Assembly: GCA_034226945.1 (NCBI GenBank)
Contig: CP120453.1
Coordinates: 558,001-622,000 of the forward strand
Direction of reading: 5' to 3'
Origin: Picochlorum sp. SENEW3
Taxonomy: Eukaryota
DNA length: 64,000 bases
This document shows, in pieces, positions 54,293-64,000 of this stretch; position 1 is the stretch's first letter; each line of letters starts with the position of its first letter. The translations under genes were made by a program, and so were the position numbers. Under the pieces are notes generated by a model. The model did not search any database. It was not told the origin of the DNA and saw only the letters and a list, made by a program, of their open reading frames with translations.

Positions 54293-54461
54293 TCGTACTA
54301 TACTAGGTCTCAATACATATTATGAAGCAAAAAAAAGTAGTGTAACGCTGTAGTAATGCCCATGCACAATATGCTGTGGCATGCAGGTTTGAAATGCAAC
54401 CATTATTATTAGGGATCTCTTATATACAAGAGATCTCTCTTAGGATCTTGATGAAGATCCA

Positions 54462-54515
54462 GAATATTCTCCTCTGAGATTCCCTCTCGACCGGTGAGAT
54501 TCCGGCGGAATATTC
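54462..54515. promoter_or_regulatory. Two P1BS-type palindromes (GAATATTC) upstream of GDPD
   Basis: GAATATTC at 54462-54469 and 54508-54515 matches GNATATNC, within 130 bp of the GDPD ATG. Confidence 0.55.
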
Positions 54516-54590
54516 TCCCGCGGACAGATTGCCCTCTCTTTCATCCCTACCGCATTCTCCACCCGAGCATTAATTTCTTACCTGTCTGTT

Positions 54591-56138
54591 ATGAATATAG
54601 TCTTTGCTGCATCGACCAATGGTACAGTATCCGAGTTCACGACACATTCACGCGTGACGCGCACGACAGCACCGAAAGGCTGGGTAGGTCAACCACCACC
54701 GAAACATCGGTTCGAGCATTCTAGGAGACCCGAACGGGCTTGGAGGGGTCGTATCAAAGTCAAAATCAATACGATCGGCGCAACAGCGAGGGAAACCGGC
54801 GTGTACGCGGGATCGAAGGCGACAGACGCGGAAGTGGCACGGTTGCACGAGTACAGGCACAAGATGCAGGAACATCTTGCTCAGATGGTGGCGTTGGGGG
54901 ACACGGCCGTCAGGGAGGAGACTATGGAACGTCCGTTTGATATAGAATCAATGTCCCGTGCTGGGTTTGCAGAGTTGTTACCAGGTGAAAACCATACACA
55001 GGGAGTACAGAGGACTGTGATTCCCATGGCGCTTGGTGGTCACAGAGGCATGGGTGCCAATATATGGTCAACCAACGGTCCAATGAAGGAAAAGAAACAT
55101 GCATGGAGGTACAGAGAGAATACTATTTCTTCCTTCATGGCAGCAGCTGAAGCAGGGGCGACGTTTATTGAATTTGATGTTCAAGTGACAGCAGATAATC
55201 ACCCAGTGTTGTTTCATGACAACTATCTCGTGTATGGAGACAGTGCGAATCCATCCAGTTTTCTATTGAAAGATTTGGAGCTTGTCCATTTCAAAGGGGC
55301 ATCTCCAGCGAATTCGACAATCGATGGGGGGTCGTCGTGCGGCATGAGTGATGATGAGGTCTCGAGTGCGTTGCCAGAGACGTGGCCAATGCTCGGGGGT
55401 GCAACCAATCCGTCGAGTGACCATGATCTATCCGGAAACTCTCCAACAAGTATCTTTACAAAAACGGATCTTTGTGGTGGGGAATCTCCTCGTACGCTGC
55501 TGAGGCAGCAGAAGAATGGCATTGTTGCCTGTCCGTCCGACAAGAGCTTGTCTGCATGGCAGGTGGAAGAAGAGGACGAGTTCCCCACCCTCTTGGAAGT
55601 ATTCGAGAAACTCCCACCTCACATCGCATTTGATATTGAGATAAAAATGACGACTCCGGATTCAGTGGTCCAGACGCCTGATGAGGAAATCTCTAGGGTT
55701 GTGAATGCCATTGTGCATACGTTAGGGGCCATTGAAACACGAATACAGCTTGAAGGGCTCCCAAAACGAAAGATTATGTTTTCATCCTTTGACCCAGATG
55801 TATGTTTTCGTATCAAAAAGCATAGGCCACATGATGTGGTGATGTTCTTGTCTGGAGGTGGGGTGGATGCACATGCAGACCCAAGAAGGACCTCGATGGA
55901 TGCCGCAATAGAATTTGCCGCATCAAACAACTTGCAAGGTATTATCGTAGATTCAGGAGCTCTTTTTGCTGATCAAGGAGCTGTATCGCGAGCCCGAGCT
56001 CGAGGATTATCCGTTATGACGTATGGATTGGAGAATGATGATCCCCTGTGGGTGGTGCGACAGAAGGATTTGCACGTCCATGGTGTCATTGTCGATGATG
56101 TTCCTCGAGTCGCGCGTCATTTTCTCGGTGCTCCATAA
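54591..56138 (+). CDS. Glycerophosphodiester phosphodiesterase (GDPD1/GDE-like)
   Basis: GGHRGMG, RENTISSF, IEFDVQVT..PVLFHD, FDIEIK, FSSFDPD, MTYG..N and GVIVD. Confidence 0.92.
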   Translation: MNIVFAASTNGTVSEFTTHSRVTRTTAPKGWVGQPPPKHRFEHSRRPERAWRGRIKVKINTIGATARETGVYAGSKATDAEVARLHEYRHKMQEHLAQMVALGDTAVREETMERPFDIESMSRAGFAELLPGENHTQGVQRTVIPMALGGHRGMGANIWSTNGPMKEKKHAWRYRENTISSFMAAAEAGATFIEFDVQVTADNHPVLFHDNYLVYGDSANPSSFLLKDLELVHFKGASPANSTIDGGSSCGMSDDEVSSALPETWPMLGGATNPSSDHDLSGNSPTSIFTKTDLCGGESPRTLLRQQKNGIVACPSDKSLSAWQVEEEDEFPTLLEVFEKLPPHIAFDIEIKMTTPDSVVQTPDEEISRVVNAIVHTLGAIETRIQLEGLPKRKIMFSSFDPDVCFRIKKHRPHDVVMFLSGGGVDAHADPRRTSMDAAIEFAASNNLQGIIVDSGALFADQGAVSRARARGLSVMTYGLENDDPLWVVRQKDLHVHGVIVDDVPRVARHFLGAP

Positions 56139-56540
56139 TGGCATGTGATATTTTTGTTCCTCATACATGCATGACGATGCATTTCATATTGTTGTTGCAT
56201 TTGAATGTCTTGGTATTGGTCTGTCTTTATTGTTGTCATATTCTTTTATCATCATTGTAAAACACATCTTGTTTGTATAGTATTGAATGATGGGCATGCT
56301 CATTACAGTACCGTGATAATCTACTACTGATCAGATGTTTAACAACAAGAGAGACAATGAATCGTGTGTGAAAAATACTCATGAATACACCACTTGATCA
56401 ACTGGTATCATCATCACTCATGAAGAGGCTGATGATAAGCCATGGCCCTGATGACGGGATTAGATCCCAACTACGGCTGCTTCTCTGGGCATTTCTAATG
56501 CTATAAAAGTGAATTTACATGCAATCACCCACATAGCGTC

Positions 56541-57050
56541 ATGGGTCTGCGTAAATTTAAAGGAAATGGCGTTGGTTGGGGCATTGGTATCGGTTGCGGT
56601 TTCGGAATAGGTGGGAATCCATTGCTCTTTTTATGATGATAGAATTGAGAGAATAGATTTTATATTTTTATTGATTCAGGGTATGGGTTTGGTGGAGCAC
56701 CAATCGGTATTGCTGGGCTTGGGGCAGGTGGTGGTTGTGGAGTAGGAGGTGTGTGCTTATGATTTGAGATTGTTTTGGTAGATGCGCGTTTCATAGCGCT
56801 CATGTGTGGAGTGGAATACCTTTGATGTGCAGTTGGGCTAGGATGGGGTGTAGGGATAGCATTGGGGTCAGAGTACATAGGTATGTGTGTGGGTGATTGG
56901 TGCACTACAGGAGGAAAGGCTGATGGTATTGAATTGTATGCTTTATTTGAATGTGCAGATATTAATCCCGAGTTTTTAGAGGGGAAGACGCACCGGCCTA
57001 ATGTGATCAAGCAGGTGCAGTATGCCATCAAGAGAGTTTTCAATGCATAG
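56541..57050 (+). CDS. TGD5: TRIGALACTOSYLDIACYLGLYCEROL 5-like small Gly-rich plastid envelope protein (exons 56541-56610, 56680-56748, 56833-56880, 56959-57050; 92 aa)
   Basis: Three GT-AG introns splice to [68 protein letters not shown]..., matching the TGD5 pattern G.G.GCGFG.G.GFGG.P...GGGCGVG.GLGWG.G.A.GS.Y. Confidence 0.88.
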
Positions 57051-57152
57051 AGGTTGTTGCCAATGTATGATATTTTACGTATGTATCGCCATGTAACAAA
57101 TCCATATAATGTATCAAGTGAATCTGTGATTCGTCATCATATGTATTGTTGT

Positions 57153-60100
57153 CTAGATAATGCGTATGTTCCCATGCCATGGGATGGGGAGAGTATTCGT
57201 TATGATGTCCATGTGAGCAAAGGTTTCCACTGATTGCAACGTCGGCTCTTCTTGTCTACAAGGTTGGATGAGTGTTTCTAGTATTGGCTGAACTTTTTCC
57301 ATGCACAAATCTGGACTAGGTGTCATGGAAGGCTCTGGCAGGCCATTTTTGTTGTACAAGAGGACCCAGGCTGCATCTGGGTCGATGGATGCAAGCGATG
57401 CAAAGCACGACTGCGTTTCCTGATCGATCGATTGATTGCCTCCTATACTGGATTGCATTAACTCCATCAGAGATGACAGGAAACTGCGAGTGATTGGAAG
57501 CATGACCTCTTGCGCGTTCTCTTCTGTCAGTTTGGATATGAGAGAGCTGGCAAAGTGCAGAATAGCTTTGCGTATGCGCCGTAAAATCGCAGGAGATGTT
57601 CGATCCTCTTGTCCTGGAACAATAAGAGTGCTCTTGGGAGGGCCGTTGACGAGCAATGATTGGATTTTTGGCCAGGCATCTGTATTGAATCGGCGAGCCA
57701 AGAATTTTGGAGCCAGGAGCATCATCTCCTTCAAGCATGTGATGCTCGCTTCAATGACTGGGACTCTCAAATCTCCTAGAGAGCCCATAAGTGGACGCCA
57801 CATCAAATGGACCGAGGGAAGGAACGATGGTGGGTTTGCAGACTCCACAGGAATGAACTGTCCCTCGCATTTAATGTGTTCCTCCACATCATTCTTGAAG
57901 ATCTCCAAGCCCTGGTGCGCGGCGGATAACCCACTCAGAGATTTTACCACCGCATGGAGTGACTGCACAGCGACTGGAAGCGATTTCGAGACGGCCAGGG
58001 GTCCCACTGAATCAGCTATACTTTGTTCAAGTCTGGCAGCAGCAAGCAATCTTTTCCTTGCAAGCATGAGTCTCTCCCACACGTCCAATGTGACATAGAT
58101 GTCTTCCGTGAGTTTTTCCTCTATTTTTCCACGTCTTTGTAAAAAGTAGTCAGAAATCTCTTCAATACTGACATCCTCACGCTCATCTGGCGTTGCGGTG
58201 TTGTGGAGGTCCTCTTGTTTGCCCTTGTGTAAAGATATTTGCAGAACCAAAGAATATATTTCGTCTAAATTTTCCTTAGCAACTTCCCAAGCCCCTTGAG
58301 CAATTTCCTGGGTACAGAGGACAAATGCAAGCACATTTTCTGGCTTTTCTCGCCTTTGGATGATTGAGATGCCCCTTACAACATGAGCAGCAGGCTCAGA
58401 CAAGAGTGGGATCAGAGCAGTTGCTACACCAGATTCTTTTAGCAAGGCTGCAAAAAGTTTTGGAGCGTCAGGATAAAGTGATGGCTGACGTAGCCGAATG
58501 CACATTCCATCAACAATGTAGTCGATATTCTTTTGGGCAAGTTCTTTGATTCCATTCTCATAGCCACTGTAGTGACAAATGCTCTTCACTGCATTTCTGG
58601 CGGAGGCAGATACAAACTGGTAATCGGACGCAAATTTTTCAATTACTGGCAGAATGGCTACATGCATGCATTTTCCATCGACTGCGAATTCCTCCTTTAG
58701 GCACCGAGCACAAACACTAACAAAGTTTAAACAATGGTGCTGCACAATTGCATTCAGTGTCTGCTCTTCGCCAGATGCCGAATTTTGAATGGCCCATATT
58801 GTCTTCAATAACCATACACGCTTGTCTAAAAGCAAATTGAGCGAATCAAGGACAGCCCTTTTGCAGATTTCTAACATGGATGCATGATCTTGTCCGTGAG
58901 ATCCCTCAAGCAGCTTTGCCCCTCCAAAAAGCAATTCGGATAAAACAATGACGACTTGCGTGACCTTTATTTGCCATGGTATATCGCCATAATCAAATGC
59001 TTGCTCCCGTTTCCTGCTACTGGGATGCGACACCTGATCAAAATAATGTGTGATGCTACGAGTGCAGGAATCAATGAGGCGAGCAAAAGATGCTCCTGCT
59101 TCCTGGTGAACCTGACAGTCATGAAGTAGTGCTGATATGCTAATATGTCTAATTATTTCAGCCAGCGCATCATATGTCTGCTTTGTCGTCACCAGTTGCA
59201 AAGCACTTGGGAATTCTGGAGCACCCAAGGATGTGTTTGTTGGATCACAGTTTGTTGACTTTTGTATTTCAAAGGTATCCATGATCGCGATTGAAGGCGA
59301 TCTCGCAATCATTATTGCTGCAGAAACATCGATCTGAAAACAATCAACAAAAGTTTGTAGCAGTCTATCCGCACTCTCAGAGGTGAAGGCTACACAATGG
59401 ATGACATCCTGAGGTGACATGTATTCAACATACGAGGCAAGTTTGAGAGCTTTTTGTCTTCCTTTGATCTCGTTCTCCCTTAGTTCAGAAGCTATATTAT
59501 TCAACATTTGTTGCATCGAGTCTTCAGTCGAATGAGGACCAATGTCAAGCAGGTCGCCTTCCCTCTCTGATGCCAAAAAGCCCTCAAGCCATGTACCAGC
59601 TGGTCCCTTCACAGACGGCCAGGAATCTTGGGCGAGAATCAATACTATATCTATCAAGAACTTTTCCTTACCAAAAGAACGCTTGCATTCACCCATGACG
59701 CGAGATACTAGCATGAAGAGGTGCAATCTGACGGAAGCATTCTCATGGTAGCATAGCTTTGGCAGACACATCTTCAAAATATCTGTGAGCTTCGCCACAC
59801 TCACTTGAACCCAATCCCACGAAAACTCAACTCGAAGAATATCTTTTCGCGTTTTCACACGAGATTCCAATTCGCTGAGAGAAGGCAAGTTGCTAGCCTG
59901 GCTCTTGGCAAGAGACTTTCCTGCATTACATGCTTCAGCCATAGACCCCAATGTATCAACATACTGATCAATAGAAACCCCACGAGCATATTTCGACGTC
60001 GATGAACCGTCATCGACAATAGGTTCCAATGGAAGAATGGCGTTGTCTGAGAACACAATGCATACAATCTGCTCCAGAGCCTGCACACTGGCAACGACAA

Positions 60101-60929
60101 TGGCACTGTTCTTTGACACAATGCGATCACCGTGCACACCACCAGTCGATGATTGCTGAAGAATTCTTTTCACAAGCCCAGTAGAAATTCCTGGTACAAA
60201 AAACGCAAGCACACGGGCATCGTCCACTGCCTTGAGCAGTGATGCTAGTGCTGTCAATGATGCAATTTGAACTTCCGTGTGTAGCTTGCTTAGTTTGGAA
60301 ACATCATTGTACGGATGATTTAAGAGTGTTGCTATCAAATTACCTACCAAAGGCGCAGACGATTCCTCTCGAAGCCATCCATGACAATCAGACCCGTCAG
60401 CAAAAGAATCCTTTTCAAAAATTGCACAAAGGATGTCTGCAACCACTTTGCGAGGCTGCTCAGACAGAAGCTCCTCTGGCAACGACAATAGCATCATCAA
60501 TTTTTGTGCCAGCGAAGCCATTTGACGATCATCATACAACTTACATCGCGTCAGCAAAACCTTCATGCACTTGACTGTCTCAAGCACGGCATCATCCCTT
60601 CTCAACGCGTCAACAAACCCTCTTTCATCTTCTTCTTTTTCTTCATCATCCGGCTTTCTGGATTCATCCCGAGAGGATACAGCAGCATCCACAACAACAC
60701 TCAAGGGAAACAATGCATAATCCAAGCACGCCTGGAGTCCCTCATGATCAACCTGTGCAAGTATCTGTGCCAGCCTACTCACAACTCCTTCAAACTCTGT
60801 GGTATCCTTTCTAGCTTTTAATAGATTGGAACACAACGGCTGCAGTTGCCAGAATACATGAGCTTTCTTCTCATCGAGGTTTTCATTGGGAACATCAGCG
60901 TCTGTCCCTGGACAGAAGAGTAAACACAT
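57153..60929 (-). CDS. TTI1: TELO2-interacting protein 1 (TTT complex, HEAT repeats)
   Basis: LDYALFPL, LAFFVPGISTGL, NIDYIVDG...LR, LPSVHLMWRPL and FLARRF..DAWP. The start may instead be ATG 60960 with a 40-nt intron 60908-60947. Confidence 0.82.
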   Translation of the reverse strand: MCLLFCPGTDADVPNENLDEKKAHVFWQLQPLCSNLLKARKDTTEFEGVVSRLAQILAQVDHEGLQACLDYALFPLSVVVDAAVSSRDESRKPDDEEKEEDERGFVDALRRDDAVLETVKCMKVLLTRCKLYDDRQMASLAQKLMMLLSLPEELLSEQPRKVVADILCAIFEKDSFADGSDCHGWLREESSAPLVGNLIATLLNHPYNDVSKLSKLHTEVQIASLTALASLLKAVDDARVLAFFVPGISTGLVKRILQQSSTGGVHGDRIVSKNSAIVVASVQALEQIVCIVFSDNAILPLEPIVDDGSSTSKYARGVSIDQYVDTLGSMAEACNAGKSLAKSQASNLPSLSELESRVKTRKDILRVEFSWDWVQVSVAKLTDILKMCLPKLCYHENASVRLHLFMLVSRVMGECKRSFGKEKFLIDIVLILAQDSWPSVKGPAGTWLEGFLASEREGDLLDIGPHSTEDSMQQMLNNIASELRENEIKGRQKALKLASYVEYMSPQDVIHCVAFTSESADRLLQTFVDCFQIDVSAAIMIARSPSIAIMDTFEIQKSTNCDPTNTSLGAPEFPSALQLVTTKQTYDALAEIIRHISISALLHDCQVHQEAGASFARLIDSCTRSITHYFDQVSHPSSRKREQAFDYGDIPWQIKVTQVVIVLSELLFGGAKLLEGSHGQDHASMLEICKRAVLDSLNLLLDKRVWLLKTIWAIQNSASGEEQTLNAIVQHHCLNFVSVCARCLKEEFAVDGKCMHVAILPVIEKFASDYQFVSASARNAVKSICHYSGYENGIKELAQKNIDYIVDGMCIRLRQPSLYPDAPKLFAALLKESGVATALIPLLSEPAAHVVRGISIIQRREKPENVLAFVLCTQEIAQGAWEVAKENLDEIYSLVLQISLHKGKQEDLHNTATPDEREDVSIEEISDYFLQRRGKIEEKLTEDIYVTLDVWERLMLARKRLLAAARLEQSIADSVGPLAVSKSLPVAVQSLHAVVKSLSGLSAAHQGLEIFKNDVEEHIKCEGQFIPVESANPPSFLPSVHLMWRPLMGSLGDLRVPVIEASITCLKEMMLLAPKFLARRFNTDAWPKIQSLLVNGPPKSTLIVPGQEDRTSPAILRRIRKAILHFASSLISKLTEENAQEVMLPITRSFLSSLMELMQSSIGGNQSIDQETQSCFASLASIDPDAAWVLLYNKNGLPEPSMTPSPDLCMEKVQPILETLIQPCRQEEPTLQSVETFAHMDIITNTLPIPWHGNIRII

Positions 60930-60970
60930 GTATGTCTAAATTCTTACATGACACCACCATACGATCGATT

Positions 60971-61786
60971 TCAAGGAGAAACCTCAAACTCATGCCAATC
61001 ATCATCGTCGTCATCATCATGGCCAAACATACCTCCAGATCCACTAGGAAATGTATCATTCATACTTTTTACGAGCCCTTGTATCATAGACTCCATCTCA
61101 CCCTCATCACGTGTGGGACCTGATGCTGCATGTCTGCCCAGATCCACGCCATGCGTGACCTCAGAGGTCTCCTTCAATAACTCCTGATGGTCATCCTCAT
61201 GAGCGTGTCGTTCTTCTCTCTTCCTATCATGAGACTCTTCTTCGGTCACAAGGCCATGCCCACCCTGCTCTTCCTCCTCCTTCTCCACAGCATCCAGCAT
61301 GCGCTGAAACTCCTTTGACACTTTCACCCTACATGAAATCAATGCAGTTGATAAAACACAATGATCACACAGACACATGCATATATATATATAGCTCTCT
61401 TTCCTTGAAGAAGGACAAAGAAAAAGGACGTACTTTGGAAGATCTCGCTGAATACTTTCCTGCAGCCTTGCCACAAAATCTTCCTCACCTCCAACGTCTG
61501 CTGAGATACCAGGAACATCATCATCATCATCATGATGGTATACAACATCTGAGACACCACTCACACGCTCCTTCTCCTCCTCCTCCTCATCGTGTTCGGT
61601 CAAAATTCGAAAGATGCCATCATCATCATCATCATTACCACCCTCAACCAGACCAGCTGCATACACATCCTCCACATACTCTCCTCTCCACACCATCTCA
61701 GCCGGAACACCTTCTACCACCTCGTGTATATCACTAGAATCACCATCATCCATACCATCAACCGTGCCAGCATGTCGAGGCGCCAT
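60971..61786 (-). CDS. Acidic hypothetical protein (probable exons 61786-61434, 61328-60971)
   Basis: D/E-rich ORF interrupted by a compositionally foreign hydrophobic stretch bounded by GTACGT..TGTAG (105-nt in-frame intron 61329-61433). Confidence 0.6.
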   Translation of the reverse strand: MAPRHAGTVDGMDDGDSSDIHEVVEGVPAEMVWRGEYVEDVYAAGLVEGGNDDDDDGIFRILTEHDEEEEEKERVSGVSDVVYHHDDDDDVPGISADVGGEEDFVARLQESIQRDLPKYVLFLCPSSRKESYIYICMCLCDHCVLSTALISCRVKVSKEFQRMLDAVEKEEEEQGGHGLVTEEESHDRKREERHAHEDDHQELLKETSEVTHGVDLGRHAASGPTRDEGEMESMIQGLVKSMNDTFPSGSGGMFGHDDDDDDDWHEFEVSP

Positions 61787-61789
61787 CCC

Positions 61790-61849
61790 CTCCAACAATC
61801 ACACAGTACTACACAAAGAGCCACTCCAACAATCACACAGTACTACACA
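61790..61849. repeat. Direct repeat CTCCAACAATCACACAGTACTACACA x2 (34-bp period)
   Basis: Copies at 61790-61815 and 61824-61849 duplicate the TMEM234-like stop region. Confidence 0.9.
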
Positions 61850-62403
61850 GTGCCACTCCCAATCCCAAGCACACCACTCCAGGAACACCAGGCCACACCG
61901 GCACCCCTTCTCCTATAATAAAATCAACCACAGCAGTACTCACAATACTCGTCCCGTTGGTCAACGGCACCGCCAAAGAAATCTGAGAATCCTTCAACGC
62001 CCTTGCAAACAGCACACTCCCCAACAGATTCAAACCCTGGGGAAGACTAAACTGCCAGCACACAAGGTGATCATAAACACTCTGAAGCACAGTAAACAGC
62101 ACGCTCTCTGTCGCACGATACCTTTTAAAACCGCCTGCAGCTCTTCTTCTCTTCTCCACTAACAGAGTCCCTCGACGTATCAATGGGTTGGTCACACCTG
62201 CATCGGATCCAATCAATAATCAGTACGTTTTAAACACAGAGTCGCAGCTGGTATGCTGCCATACTTGTATTCTTTCTTCTGTCGGTCACATGATGATGTG
62301 GTCTTTCTTAAAAGAATGGTTGTTTGTTGCTCTGTCAATTCTGATCAACACGCACCCCACAGCACTCCAATCAAAATAAATACCCAAATACTCATCCACA
62401 CAT
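61833..62403 (-). CDS. TMEM234-like small DMT-superfamily membrane protein (exons 62403-62356, 62197-61833)
   Basis: Intron 62198-62355 (GTGCGT..TGCAG) gives MWMSIWVFILIGVLWG|VTNPLIRRG; also LNLLGSVLF and ISLAVPLTN. Confidence 0.85.
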
Positions 62404-62887
62404 AGTGTATTCAAAATACAGCAGAGCAGTATAGCACATCCATGCAGTCATCTGTGAGTATCTAAATGTATCTATTTACGGACTCGTACGCTTCGTACGC
62501 CTGATCATCCAAATCTTCTTTCAACACCCATGCTCCGAGAAAAAGTGATTGAACCGATACAAGTAAAAATAGTATATTTGTATCTCACAAGAGCCTGTAG
62601 TGGATGTGCATAATCACCGAATCAGTCGTCTCTGATTCGCATTCTTTCACAGAACATTTCAGGATTGTTATTATTTACTAGGAAAGAAAAGAAACAATCA
62701 ACATCATTAGCTCATAAAACATTTATATGGAAGTATTGATCTATTCATGAAGTAAAAGAAACGAGACTCTTCAAGCAGCAACACAGCAAAAAAGAAGAAA
62801 CTGAAGAAGAAGACAGTGCAACTAGAATAGAATAGAATAGAATAGAAGACGTTAGTAGTAGTACTCTGACCATCATCATCGTATGCG

Positions 62888-63991
62888 ATGAGTAGTAGTA
62901 GTAGTATGGATCAACAGCAGCAACAGGGGAGTGGGGGTCACAAACCCATGGTTCGCATTGCGTCCATCCTGTATTTTATGGGGTCCTCCATGCTGGTGCA
63001 ATTCACCACCAAGGCCATCTTCACGACGTATCAGTTCCATTTTCCTTTGACGGTAGCATTATTACAGATGACATTTATATCCATCGTGACATTCATCGTG
63101 GCAAAGCCAGAGGTATCGTTGGGGCTGTTCAAGAGCCTCGCGCCCCTCGCTGTGATCAACGTGCTCAATGTGGTGTCTGGCTTGGTCGGGACTGGTGGCC
63201 TCAATGTACCCATGTTCATCGCCTTGAGGCGCTTTACGCTTTTATTTACCATCCTATTAGAGCGGTTTTGGTTGAAGAAAACGCACGATTGGCCGACGCT
63301 GAGCGCCATGGGGATTATGATTGGTGGGGCTCTGATTGCAGCCCTCACAGACATGACATTTTCCTTGTACGGGTATTCTGCCGTCTTGTGCAACGACGTC
63401 CTGACGTCGTTGTATTTAATCATGGTGAAGAATGCTCCGGTGACGAGAGGTCTCACGACCACGAGAATGTTGTTTTATAATTCAACAATGAGTATTCCTC
63501 TCCTTTTGTTTGCCATGTACTCGAGGAATGAGCTTGGTCGACTCTCCACAGCACCTCAGCTTCAGAATCCAGAGTTTGTCGTTGTATTATTCTTGGCAAG
63601 TGCGCTTGGGTTGAGTATCAATCATTCCACATTCATCTGCACTCGTATTAATGAACCGCTGATGACATCTGTGGCTGGAAACTTGAAGAATGCAGTCATG
63701 ACTGTTGTTGGGGCCTTTGCCTTTCCAGACTTTGTGTTTGACCCAGCCAATACGCTTGGTCTTACATTGTCCATGACCGGTGCTATTTGGTATGCGACAA
63801 GATCTGCATTGAAAGCTCGACAAAAGACCATGAAGGATACGTTGTTACAGCAACAGCCAGTGATTGGTAAGGATCGAATGAGAAAATTGAGCGGCACCAG
63901 CCAGGATGATATCCAACCCATCATTCTCCAGGGGAGGAATGATTCGCTCGAGATGCGAATGACGCAGAATCAGCCATTCTCCCCTGAATAA
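62888..63991 (+). CDS. Nucleotide-sugar transporter (SLC35D/UTr7-like)
   Basis: Multi-TM protein; TKAIFTTYQF, LNVPMFIALRR, LFYNS and CTRINEPLMTSVAGNLK. Confidence 0.88.
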   Translation: MSSSSSMDQQQQQGSGGHKPMVRIASILYFMGSSMLVQFTTKAIFTTYQFHFPLTVALLQMTFISIVTFIVAKPEVSLGLFKSLAPLAVINVLNVVSGLVGTGGLNVPMFIALRRFTLLFTILLERFWLKKTHDWPTLSAMGIMIGGALIAALTDMTFSLYGYSAVLCNDVLTSLYLIMVKNAPVTRGLTTTRMLFYNSTMSIPLLLFAMYSRNELGRLSTAPQLQNPEFVVVLFLASALGLSINHSTFICTRINEPLMTSVAGNLKNAVMTVVGAFAFPDFVFDPANTLGLTLSMTGAIWYATRSALKARQKTMKDTLLQQQPVIGKDRMRKLSGTSQDDIQPIILQGRNDSLEMRMTQNQPFSPE

Positions 63992-64000
63992 TTATAATTA

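Noticed and set aside
45895..60929. LIG4-like, RNR2, PMS1 and TTI1 as a DNA-repair gene cluster
   Set aside because: Mixed orientations with unrelated genes interspersed. Chance proximity in a gene-dense genome is sufficient without synteny evidence.
62821..62905. (TAGAA)n and (AGT)n runs
   Set aside because: Ordinary short microsatellites, not telomeric repeats.
1..64000. tRNA, rRNA or snoRNA genes
   Set aside because: No cloverleaf or rRNA-like segment was recognised. Scattered TGATGA/CTGA boxes were not convincing without a covariance-model search.

Overview
This is eukaryotic nuclear DNA from a very compact green alga. It is gene-dense, has few short GT-AG introns (59-158 nt), and has TGTAA poly(A)-type signals after many stop codons. 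A trebouxiophyte such as Picochlorum is my inference. About 35 protein genes can be supported. Two of them are missed by the ORF track: a bacterial-type ViaA-like VWA protein running off the left edge, and a 4-exon TGD5. Most genes are housekeeping (RPF1, PEX4, VPS35, CWC25, LSM5, PMS2/PMS1, RNR R2, TTI1 and others). Highlights: (1) an intact ~949-aa DNA ligase IV-like gene whose catalytic KxDG lysine is replaced by Val, a candidate pseudo-ligase; (2) a 575-bp hAT-type MITE (27-bp TIRs, 8-bp TSD) next to a decayed gene fragment carrying templated inverted insertions; (3) a tandem pair of secreted subtilases with an unusual N-terminal CBM-like domain, one with an intron and one without; (4) a secreted acidic Gly-rich beta-solenoid-like protein; (5) co-directional genes separated by only 41-50 bp, which are candidate polycistronic units; (6) clustered cis-motifs (P1BS before GDPD, a W-box 9-mer before secreted-protein genes, GTAC before RNR R2). 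I found no rRNA, tRNA or CRISPR array. All family assignments are by motif recognition; no database search was run.
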